This document shows, in pieces, positions 8,471-16,814 of a stretch of 64,000 nucleotides of DNA. The number at the start of each line of letters is the position of its first letter. Position 1 is the first letter of the stretch. The stretch is taken from NCBI GenBank assembly GCA_018260475.1, contig JAGLBA010000009.1, positions 8,741 to 72,740 on the forward strand, given 5' to 3'. This DNA is from Chryseobacterium sp. (GTDB lineage: Bacteria > Bacteroidota > Bacteroidia > Flavobacteriales > Weeksellaceae). Both the position numbers and the translations under genes were made by a program. The notes beneath the pieces are model-generated. The model ran no database searches. It was given only the letters and a program-made list of their open reading frames with translations, and was not told the origin of the DNA.

Positions 8471-9043
8471 ATGACTCCCAACAGATTAGAAGCATTTAGC
8501 GATGGCGTATTGGCGATAATTATCACTATTATGGTTTTAGAACTAAGAGCGCCAACCGATGGTGCTGAATTATCCAATTTGGTTTCTCTAATTCCTAAGG
8601 TCCTGTTTTATCTACTCAGTTTTATGTATGTCGGAATATATTGGAATAACCACCATCACTTATTTAAAGCTACCCAACGCGTGAATGGCCTGGTGCTTTG
8701 GGCAAATCTAGGACTGCTATTTTTCCTCTCGCTAATCCCATTTACCACTTCATGGATGGGAGAATTCGCACTAGACAAACAGCCGTCCGCTCTGTATGGA
8801 ATCAATCTTCTGCTATGCGCTATTTCATTTATGATCTTGGAAAGAGCGGTCATCAGCGCGGAAGGAAAACAATCTATCATTTCAAATGCTTTAGAAGGTC
8901 AGCGAAAAGAGAAAATTTCAATAGGGCTTTATATAATTGGGATTGCTTTGTCATTTATATATTCGCCTTTGGCACTTTTATGCTATGCGCTTGTGGCTCT
9001 TCTTTGGTTAATGCCTGACAAAAGAATCGAAAATAACCTCTAA
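8471..9043 (+). CDS. TMEM175-family (DUF1211) potassium channel-like membrane protein
   Basis: N-terminal RLEAFSDGVLAIIITIMVLEL signature; about 6 TM segments; 190 aa. Confidence 0.8.
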   Translation: MTPNRLEAFSDGVLAIIITIMVLELRAPTDGAELSNLVSLIPKVLFYLLSFMYVGIYWNNHHHLFKATQRVNGLVLWANLGLLFFLSLIPFTTSWMGEFALDKQPSALYGINLLLCAISFMILERAVISAEGKQSIISNALEGQRKEKISIGLYIIGIALSFIYSPLALLCYALVALLWLMPDKRIENNL

Positions 9044-9134
9044 CAAATTTTATTGATATAGTCAACATACAAATACAGATAATATGTGTGTGGATACCCT
9101 AGATTATTTGTAACTTTAACAAAAAAATTTTAAT

Positions 9135-9452
9135 ATGAAACCAGAATTCGAATCTTTAGAATTAAGAGTAAACGAGAAACAAAAACGTTTTGAATTAGAG
9201 TATAATGGCTACATAGGTTTTATAAACTACGGCGATTTCGGTAACAGCATTGCCCTAGTTCATACAGAGGTGGAACCAGAATTACAGGGAACTGGCATTG
9301 CATCCGCATTGGTGGAAAAGACATTGACCCATCTAAAAGAGCAAGGAAAAGAAATTCTGCCTTTTTGCCCTTATGTATTCGCGTACATAAAAAAACATCC
9401 AGAATGGAAAGCGATTGTGAGCACTCATTTCCCTGGTTATAATGAACTTTAA
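9135..9452 (+). CDS. small GNAT-fold N-acetyltransferase (YjdJ-like)
   Basis: 105 aa. HTEV.PELQGTGIASALVEKTL.HLKEQGKEILPFCPYV..YIKKHPEW matches the short GNAT family. Confidence 0.75.
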   Translation: MKPEFESLELRVNEKQKRFELEYNGYIGFINYGDFGNSIALVHTEVEPELQGTGIASALVEKTLTHLKEQGKEILPFCPYVFAYIKKHPEWKAIVSTHFPGYNEL

Positions 9453-9464
9453 AAAACAATTAAA

Positions 9465-10364
9465 ATGTCAAATATTGGATTAATATTAGAAGAAAAGGCG
9501 GCCGACATTGGTAATTTTTTAGTCGGGAGACTATTGCCATTCCGTCAAAAAAGATCAGTGGGACCCTTCGTCTTTATAGACCATATGGGCCCAAAAACAT
9601 TTCAACCAAATGATAATATGGCTGTAAAACCGCACCCTCACATCGGTTTATCTACCCTTACTTTTTTGATGGAAGGTTCTATACAGCATAGGGACAGCCT
9701 TGGAAATTCTTTGGAGATAAAGCCGGGCGCAGTTAACTGGATGACCGCAGGAAAGGGCGTGGTACATTCGGAGAGAACACCGGCATATTTAGAAAGTCAA
9801 GAGAAAGTTGTTCATGGCCTACAAATTTGGGTCGGTTTACCTAAAGAGTTGGAAGATAAAGATCCGGAGTTTCAACATGTTTCGGAGGAAGACATTCCAG
9901 CATGGGAAGAGGACGGCGTACAATATAAGCTCATTGCCGGTGAAGCTCTGGGCAGAAAGTCTCCGGTAAATGTTTATAGCAAACTGTACTTCATTGAAAT
10001 AAGTACATCGGAGAAAAAGACGATTAACATTGGAGAGCAATTGTATGGCGAAGTCGCTATGTACATCTTGGATGGCACCGTCACCATAGAGGGTGAAAAT
10101 CTTGGAACCAAACAATTAATTATCGCAAAAAACCCTTCACTGTGCGCGTTTGAGATGGAAGCCAACAGCAAGTTATATCTTTTTGGTGGCGAACCTTTCC
10201 CTCAAGAGCGCTTTATCCACTGGAATTTTGTTCATACAAGTAGGGATAAAATTCAGGAAGCAAAACTAAACTGGTATCATCAGAATACGGAAGCTTTTCC
10301 GAAAGTCATTGATGATGAAGTGGAGTATGTACCTTTACCTGAAGATTCATTAAAAGTAAAATAA
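9465..10364 (+). CDS. pirin family protein (bicupin)
   Basis: HPHIGLSTLTFLMEGSIQHRDSLG metal-binding cupin block; 299 aa. The stop abuts the next start. Confidence 0.9.
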   Translation: MSNIGLILEEKAADIGNFLVGRLLPFRQKRSVGPFVFIDHMGPKTFQPNDNMAVKPHPHIGLSTLTFLMEGSIQHRDSLGNSLEIKPGAVNWMTAGKGVVHSERTPAYLESQEKVVHGLQIWVGLPKELEDKDPEFQHVSEEDIPAWEEDGVQYKLIAGEALGRKSPVNVYSKLYFIEISTSEKKTINIGEQLYGEVAMYILDGTVTIEGENLGTKQLIIAKNPSLCAFEMEANSKLYLFGGEPFPQERFIHWNFVHTSRDKIQEAKLNWYHQNTEAFPKVIDDEVEYVPLPEDSLKVK

Positions 10365-10781
10365 ATGGGATATCGTGTAAAGGTCAACGGTTCGATTGGT
10401 TTCGACAAGTTTTTGACCAAATTAAGTACAGAGAAAAATACATACTATTCAGATGAACCCGAGAGCTTTGGTGGAGACAACAGAGGCTTTAACCCCTTTG
10501 AATTATTAGCCTCAAGTTTAGCCGCCTGTACTCTGGCTACGCTGAAATCGTATGTTAACATGAAAAAATGGAACATTCCAGAGATTGATGTAGAAGTTGA
10601 GTTTGAGAGCTTTCCGAAAGAGAAAAAATCTTTTTTTAAACGGTACATAGATTTTAAAGGAGCGGATCTCACCATTGAACAGAAAAACAGGCTTTTTGAG
10701 ATTGCCGAAAGATGCCCGGTTCATAATTTATTAGTCAATGAAATTGAGATTTTTTCCGAAATAAAATCTGATGCCACCTAA
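10365..10781 (+). CDS. OsmC family peroxiredoxin-like protein
   Basis: 138 aa. LLASSLAACT and ERCPVHNLL conserved-Cys blocks. The ATG immediately follows the pirin stop (taaATG). Confidence 0.8.
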   Translation: MGYRVKVNGSIGFDKFLTKLSTEKNTYYSDEPESFGGDNRGFNPFELLASSLAACTLATLKSYVNMKKWNIPEIDVEVEFESFPKEKKSFFKRYIDFKGADLTIEQKNRLFEIAERCPVHNLLVNEIEIFSEIKSDAT

Positions 10782-10951
10782 ATAAGGAAAGATTGTGTTC
10801 TTCTTTAAATTAAGTTTGAAGTCATTGTTTTAATTGTTGTAATGCTTTATTTACAACATGTAAGTTGTGATAATATATTTAATATTTTGAGGTAAAAAAT
10901 GGAATAATTTATGTGATAGTAATTAGATATTAAACAAAAAAAATAAAGAAT

Positions 10952-12682
10952 ATGTTTAAAAATGTATCTGACCAGCTGGTTGAAATGCTGAAACAGGCTG
11001 GAGTTAAGAGAATATACGCGGTTACTGGAGACAGCTTAAATCCTATTAACGACGCCATCAGAAGAGACGGTGAAATTGAATGGATTCATGTGCGGCATGA
11101 AGAGGCAGGCGCTTATGCGGCCTCAATGGAAGCAGAACTAAACGGTATCGGCTGTTGCATGGGAAGTTCTGGCCCGGGTCATGTTCATCTGATTAATGGT
11201 CTGTATGATGCAAACCGTTCCGGAAATCCTGTCATAGCTATTGCGAGCACAGTACATACTGATAAATTGGGAACGGATAATTTTCAAGAAACACAGCCTA
11301 CCCTTTTATTTCAAGATTGTAGCAAGTATGTGCATATGGCAAACACTCCGGCACAATTTACCAAGGTAATGCAGCATGCCATACAGACAGCCATCAGCGA
11401 ACGCGGTGTCGCCGTGGTAGGATTACCCGGAGATGTGGCCTCTGCCAAAGCCGTTGAGGTGGAGACCTCCTCTAAAACGTACAAGACAAAATCAATCTTC
11501 AGACCTGATGATGAGTCTATTTCAGAACTGGCAGAGTTGATAAATAACAATCAAAAAATCTCTCTGTACTGTGGTTTGGGAGCGAAAGATGCAGTAGCTG
11601 AAGTGGAAGAACTGGCTAAAAAACTGAAGGCACCAATTTCCTACTCTTTTAGAGGAAAGATATTTTTTGATAAAGAAGACAGCCCATATACCGTAGGGAT
11701 GAATGGTCTTTTAGGAAATCCTGCTGGATACCACGCTAGCCATGAGGCGGATGTGATGGTGATGTTGGGCACAGATTTCCCTTACACAGATTTTTTGCCC
11801 ACAGACAATAAAATTGTTCAGATTGACACGAGAGCAAATAAAATTGGTCGTAGAGCAAAAGTGGATTATGCTTATGAAGGCGCTATAAAAGACACTTTAC
11901 AAGCTCTATTGCCACTCATTAATGAAAAAACGGATGACAGTTTTTTAAAAAAACACAAAGAATCGTTTCAGAAAGATCTAGAATCTTATGAAGTGTCGCC
12001 CGATAAAGAGTCAAAAGAAAACCATGTAAGCCCAGAAGCTGCAGCTCAAATTATCAATAGATTGGCTACAGATGATGCCATTTTTACAGTGGACACGGGA
12101 ATGTCGGCGGTGTGGGCTGCCAGAATTATCAAGGCAAAGCGCAACAGATATCTTACGGGATCTTTTAACCATGGTTCTATGGCTAACGCAATGCCAATGG
12201 CCATTGGTGCAGCACTAGCTCAGAAAGACAGACAGGTAATTGCCATGTGTGGAGATGGCGGTATATCTATGCTTATGGGAGATCTTGCCACCATTATGCA
12301 GTATAACTTGCCTATCAAAATCATTGTTTTTAATAACCGATCTTTAGGAATGGTGAAGCTGGAAATGGAAGTGGCGGGTTATATTGACTGGAATACCAAT
12401 ATGGTAAATCCTCCTTTTCATAAGATTGCCGAATTAATGAATATGAAAGGTATAGAAATTCATAAAAATAGTGAGTTGGAAGCAGGACTAAAACAAGCCT
12501 TCGACTATGATGGCCCCGTCCTCGTAAATATCTTTACAGATCCGGAAGTTTTGGCTATGCCTCCAAAAGTCACTATGGATCAAATGAAGGGATTTGCAGA
12601 ATCTTTCACTAAAAAAGTGTTAACTGGTAAACTGGAGTCGGCCGGCGATATGGTTAAAGCTGGTATTGACGCCATTATTTAA
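10952..12682 (+). CDS. poxB: pyruvate dehydrogenase (quinone) / pyruvate oxidase, TPP-dependent
   Basis: N-terminus GVKRIYAVTGDSLNPINDAIRRDGEIEWIHVRHEEAGAYAA parallels E. coli PoxB. TPP-binding motif GDGGISMLMGDL...IIVFNN. 576 aa. Confidence 0.85.
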   Translation: MFKNVSDQLVEMLKQAGVKRIYAVTGDSLNPINDAIRRDGEIEWIHVRHEEAGAYAASMEAELNGIGCCMGSSGPGHVHLINGLYDANRSGNPVIAIASTVHTDKLGTDNFQETQPTLLFQDCSKYVHMANTPAQFTKVMQHAIQTAISERGVAVVGLPGDVASAKAVEVETSSKTYKTKSIFRPDDESISELAELINNNQKISLYCGLGAKDAVAEVEELAKKLKAPISYSFRGKIFFDKEDSPYTVGMNGLLGNPAGYHASHEADVMVMLGTDFPYTDFLPTDNKIVQIDTRANKIGRRAKVDYAYEGAIKDTLQALLPLINEKTDDSFLKKHKESFQKDLESYEVSPDKESKENHVSPEAAAQIINRLATDDAIFTVDTGMSAVWAARIIKAKRNRYLTGSFNHGSMANAMPMAIGAALAQKDRQVIAMCGDGGISMLMGDLATIMQYNLPIKIIVFNNRSLGMVKLEMEVAGYIDWNTNMVNPPFHKIAELMNMKGIEIHKNSELEAGLKQAFDYDGPVLVNIFTDPEVLAMPPKVTMDQMKGFAESFTKKVLTGKLESAGDMVKAGIDAII

Positions 12683-12693
12683 CTTAATTTCTA

Positions 12694-12730
12694 AAAATAC
12701 CAGAGTAATTTTGCACTGGTATTTTTATTT
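12694..12730 (+). terminator. intrinsic terminator after poxB
   Basis: Stem aaaataccag/ctggtatttt with an approximately 12-nt loop, followed by a T-rich tail. Confidence 0.7.
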
Positions 12731-12778
12731 TATTAAATGATTCAAATTAATAAAAATAATTATCAAAAACTATTGATT

Positions 12779-13246
12779 ATGGAACATTTTGAAGTAATAA
12801 AGGGAAAAACCTGGCAGGCTAAAAAATTTGATGGCGGATATATTGTTAATATTAACAATGGTGAAAAAATCATTTCATCTCTAGAAGATTTTATTCTCAG
12901 CGAACAAATAGGATCAGCGGAAATTACAGGTATTGGTGCGACAAATGAAGCTAAATTAGGTTTTTTCGATTTTGAAAAAGAAGAATTCTCAGAGCAAACT
13001 TTCTCAGAACAAATGGAAATTGCTAGCGCGATAGGTAACGTGTCTTATAAAAATGAGGAGTTGTATATTCATATGCACGTAACCTTGGGAAGAGAAAATT
13101 ACAGCTCCTACGCGGGTCATTTAGTGGAGGCTACCATCCATGGTGTAGCTGAATTTTATGTGCGCACGAACCCGTTTAAAGTTTTTAAATCCAATGAAGA
13201 AAACAAAAATATGTGGGTTTATGACTTTGAAAAGACCGAGGTATAA
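12779..13246 (+). CDS. PPC (DUF296) domain protein
   Basis: GATNEAKLGFFD...EIASAIGNVS...LYIHMHVTLG pattern of PPC/DUF296. ATG 12779 is preferred over 12737, which sits directly on the terminator tail; the start remains uncertain. Confidence 0.7.
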   Translation: MEHFEVIKGKTWQAKKFDGGYIVNINNGEKIISSLEDFILSEQIGSAEITGIGATNEAKLGFFDFEKEEFSEQTFSEQMEIASAIGNVSYKNEELYIHMHVTLGRENYSSYAGHLVEATIHGVAEFYVRTNPFKVFKSNEENKNMWVYDFEKTEV

Positions 13247-13275
13247 TATCACATTCTCGCATCACGCATAAAAAT

Positions 13276-13309
13276 ATTAGCCTTCCAAATGTGAAGGCTA
13301 ATTTTTTTA
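13276..13309. terminator. bidirectional intrinsic terminator between convergent genes
   Basis: Stem attagccttc/gaaggctaat with a 7-nt loop; T7 downstream and an A-run upstream. Confidence 0.75.
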
Positions 13310-13324
13310 ATCAAATTTATTTTA

Positions 13325-13744
13325 TTAATCTAACCAATGTTTAGAAGAGACCGCATAACGACCTGCTCCAGTAAAGAACAGTACTACAGCGGTCATCAGA
13401 TAAAATACTTGCAGTTCTATTGCCCAAGCTCCAGTTTCTTCTTTAAGCATAAAGATTTGATCCAGAAAAACGGCGTAGATTGCAAATACCATAGTCCCGG
13501 CCATTAATCCAGACCAAATTTTTGATCTCCATCCTATAATAAGCAATATAGGAGCAATAAACTCCGAAAGGTGTACACTATAGGCAAAGAATCCCGGCAA
13601 GCCTGCAGCGGTAAGATCTGCTGCCAAATGATGGATAGCATCCAAAGGGTGCTGAATTTTGTGGATGCCGTGGAACAGCATAAGACCGGCAGAGGTAATG
13701 CGAAGTAACAATAGACCTAAATCTATGTTTTGTATTGATTTCAT
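13325..13744 (-). CDS. DoxX family membrane protein
   Basis: 139 aa, 4 TM. LLLLRITSAGLMLFHGIHKI is a typical DoxX N-terminus. Confidence 0.8.
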   Translation of the reverse strand: MKSIQNIDLGLLLLRITSAGLMLFHGIHKIQHPLDAIHHLAADLTAAGLPGFFAYSVHLSEFIAPILLIIGWRSKIWSGLMAGTMVFAIYAVFLDQIFMLKEETGAWAIELQVFYLMTAVVLFFTGAGRYAVSSKHWLD

Positions 13745-13834
13745 AACATTTTATTTTTTTGGTTATTATTAGGAATTTAATTACAGTTTCTCAATACAAA
13801 ATTACATAACAATAGATACTTTGGGAAACTAATT

Positions 13835-14242
13835 TTACTGCTTTTTATCAATAGCATATTTTCCTGCTCCAGCTAGAAGTAAGGCCAAACTTCCAAAAAA
13901 ATAAAAACCTTGAACTTCCAAGCCCCATGCTCCGCTTTTTTCTCTCTTATCAATCTTATCCAGATTTACAGTATAGACCGCCATCAACATATTGAACATC
14001 ACAATGGATGCCGCCGTCTGTGTTTTATATCCAGCAATCATCATAATCGGCGCAACCACTTCTCCTACATACGCCCCTTTTGACATGGCTGGCGGAAGAT
14101 CATTTTTCGTTAGGATCTTTTCAAGGTTCTCCATCGATTCATCCGGTTTTTCCACTTTCCTCAACCCGTGTAGCAATAAAAGACCACCCACGGTAACACG
14201 CAATACTAATAAGCCAGCATCTACATTTTTAAATTTAAACAT
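13835..14242 (-). CDS. DoxX family membrane protein (tandem paralogue)
   Basis: 135 aa. LLVLRVTVGGLLLLHGLRKV. Collinear similarity to the neighbouring DoxX. Confidence 0.8.
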   Translation of the reverse strand: MFKFKNVDAGLLVLRVTVGGLLLLHGLRKVEKPDESMENLEKILTKNDLPPAMSKGAYVGEVVAPIMMIAGYKTQTAASIVMFNMLMAVYTVNLDKIDKREKSGAWGLEVQGFYFFGSLALLLAGAGKYAIDKKQ

Positions 14243-14859
14243 AACTAGAATTTTTATATTAAAAAGTTTTGTAACAGGTAATTAAGTTTATAACAGACAT
14301 AACTTTATGCCTATCAATCTATCAGTAAATATACTAATTTAAAAATACATGAAAGAACCTATTGTGCATCTAGATTATTTTTTTTCTTTTGTTTATACTT
14401 CAATTTAAGATGAAAAGTCAAATATTGAATCAATGTAAAAGAGGGTATTTTTGATTTCCTCCATGTTTCTAAACCTTGAAACGTTTTTGCAAGGTTAATA
14501 TGGGTGGTGAACGTCTGCATCATAGAGATATTGGTTTCTATTCTCTTTATTACATTTGATTTTTTCTGCGAGAGGTCTAAATAATCATGCTGATTTTTCG
14601 CATCTGAAACGAGAAGTTAGTCCTTGTTTTAATTACAAACAATTGTTATCTAAAGGAATAAGCCTAAACTATTATTTAGAAAAATGTGTCCAAGATTTAG
14701 CATTAAGACAAGAAAAATAAACAAGCCGATTCTTCTAGATTACATGTCAAATATTATATTGACAATTACAGAAAGTTCATTAAAAAATAACACAAAAGAT
14801 GAGAGCGCTATTTTGATTTTTAGAATGATTAGCCATACTTTTACTAAGTTTTAAAACAA

Positions 14860-14889
14860 ACAGGCACTTCTCGCGAAGTGCCTGTTTTG
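14860..14889. terminator. intrinsic terminator downstream of tRNA-Arg (usable on both strands)
   Basis: Stem acaggcacttc/gaagtgcctgt with loop tcgc. TTTTG follows on the plus strand and GTTTGTTTT on the minus strand. Confidence 0.75.
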
Positions 14890-14896
14890 TAAAAAG

Positions 14897-14968
14897 TAGC
14901 CCCATGAGGAATCGAACCTCAACCTAAAGAACCGGAATCTTTAATTCTATCCATTAAACTATGGAGCC
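14897..14968 (-). tRNA. tRNA-Arg (anticodon CCG)
   Basis: Hand-folded 72 nt. Acceptor GGCTCCA/TGGGGCT (two G-U pairs) with discriminator A. D-loop AATGGATA. Anticodon stem AAAGA/TCTTT with loop TTCCGGT. T-arm TGAGG-TTCGATT-CCTCA. Confidence 0.85.
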
Positions 14969-14971
14969 GTT

Positions 14972-16747
14972 TTAGAAGGAAAATTTAATGCCGCCTGTTA
15001 TTTGCACTCCCAGCTTTTTATATCCATAAAAGTTTTGGTAGTTTTTATTCAGTAGGTTATTTCCGAGTGCAAAAATACTTAAATTTTTATGAACTTTATA
15101 TTCAGCAGAGAGGTTTAAATCTGCATAGCCAGGCACATCCACCTCCCGTTTGGTAGAAACATAAGCGCCCGGCGTGCCTAAAATAGATAAATCATATACA
15201 TCCACCGTATTTCCGGTATCGAAAACGGTTTTGAATTCTAATAATAATTTCTGATTCAGCATACGGTATTTTGCACCGATACTCGCCGTAATTCCGTCCT
15301 CGTTATAGGTGTTTTTCGCTTCTGGTGCATTATATTTTTGATATTCTATAGCACCTTCCACATCCAGATTTTGTATCGGATACCATTTCAGATCGGCATT
15401 TATTTTATTCATCGTACCGCTGCCATACACCGTGGATAGGACATTGGCAAAGTTGTAGGCAGAGCGGTTCAGCGTGTTATTATAATCAAATAAATCATTG
15501 TGAATATAGAAAACGGCATCGTTTACTTTGGCGTAAGTTCCAGAAATGTTGTATTTCATATTTTTATTCACATCGCCCTTCACACCCAAAGAAATGCTGT
15601 ATTTCGTTTCTGTTGGCTTAATGACTTGATCTGAAACCAAGTACGGATTTTCCGCTAAAAGACTTGCGTAGGAGTTGAGTTGTGCACCGCCATCCATACC
15701 AGCGTAGATGTTAAACTGTTCCGAAACACCCACCTGCAACTCAGCATTCAGATAGAATTTTGATTTGCCATTTGCTATATTTTCGCCGTTTTTATCAGAC
15801 TGTGTGTTGTTTAAATAATTAAACACCGTCCCAAGTTTAAGGTGAGAATTCCCAAGGTTGAAAGAAACACTCGGTTCAGCCTTTAGCAAAACAAAAGCTG
15901 CCGCATTTTTATTGAGCAAATCAAAATTGGTATTCTGCATCTCTGCACCCAACCCTAATCCGAAATCGACCGCCATACCGCCGCCATCTTTCCCCAGATG
16001 AATATTATTTTTGGTCAAATTTGTGGCTAATTCCAGCGCACTTTCCCTAGCACCAAAATGATCGGTAAGAAAATTGGTTTTCACGCGAACATCATCCAAA
16101 ATTTCATTGGAAAAATGGTCATAAAAACCATTGATGCTCACCTGATTTACCTTTTGGGAAAGCCCAATATTCGCAGCCGGCGCAAGGGCGTAGATGCCGT
16201 AATATTTATAATCACTCAGTTCATAGTCAGCATTCACATTGATTTTTCCTGTATTCCCATAATAATTTAGAAAGGCGCCAAACTCCGCTATAGCCTGCCC
16301 GGAATCCCAAGGATATTCTTTCTTTAACCCCGTTGTAGATACGAAATGCGCATCCACACCTACTTCCAATTTATTCTTCAAAATCGTTGAAATATTCGCA
16401 TCCGCGAGGGTTTTACCGTAATTCCCCATACCCGCACGCAGATAGTTTTTTTGGTAGGAACTCTGGAAATTCGGGGATATGTCCGCCCCCTGTATCGTGG
16501 AAGGTTTGAAGTCAGACACAGCCGGTACATCCTGTATATCATAACGAAGGTTTAGGGAATCCTGAGTCCTTTTCTCTTTTGGCGGATAGTTTTTTATCGT
16601 TGCTACGGAAGTTTGTTTTTTCTGAATTTTGCGTATTTCCGGCTCGCGTTTGCGGTCCAAGATAAGTTTTTCTTCTTTAATTTGTGCAAAACCGAACTGC
16701 GAGAATCCGGCAAATAATATGGATAATATAATGAGGCGCTTGTTCAT
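14972..16747 (-). CDS. outer-membrane beta-barrel protein (putative porin family)
   Basis: Signal peptide MNKRLIILSILFAGFSQFGFAQ. Alternating beta-strand-like sequence rich in Y/G/N. C-terminal ...GGIKFSF aromatic terminus. Confidence 0.75.
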   Translation of the reverse strand: MNKRLIILSILFAGFSQFGFAQIKEEKLILDRKREPEIRKIQKKQTSVATIKNYPPKEKRTQDSLNLRYDIQDVPAVSDFKPSTIQGADISPNFQSSYQKNYLRAGMGNYGKTLADANISTILKNKLEVGVDAHFVSTTGLKKEYPWDSGQAIAEFGAFLNYYGNTGKINVNADYELSDYKYYGIYALAPAANIGLSQKVNQVSINGFYDHFSNEILDDVRVKTNFLTDHFGARESALELATNLTKNNIHLGKDGGGMAVDFGLGLGAEMQNTNFDLLNKNAAAFVLLKAEPSVSFNLGNSHLKLGTVFNYLNNTQSDKNGENIANGKSKFYLNAELQVGVSEQFNIYAGMDGGAQLNSYASLLAENPYLVSDQVIKPTETKYSISLGVKGDVNKNMKYNISGTYAKVNDAVFYIHNDLFDYNNTLNRSAYNFANVLSTVYGSGTMNKINADLKWYPIQNLDVEGAIEYQKYNAPEAKNTYNEDGITASIGAKYRMLNQKLLLEFKTVFDTGNTVDVYDLSILGTPGAYVSTKREVDVPGYADLNLSAEYKVHKNLSIFALGNNLLNKNYQNFYGYKKLGVQITGGIKFSF

Positions 16748-16814
16748 CGTATTTTTTTATTGAATTAATGCTTTTTCGAGCATTTTTGTTTTTTAGTTAG
16801 TATGATTCCCTAAA

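Noticed and set aside
14385-14600. Possible integrase or regulator relic next to tRNA-Arg (the ...LTFH... fragment recalls tyrosine-recombinase R-H-R-Y regions)
   Set aside because: Only a 4-residue resemblance, with no RHTFAT/LGH motifs following. This is too weak to call. It is kept only as part of the low-interest note on the ORF-poor stretch.
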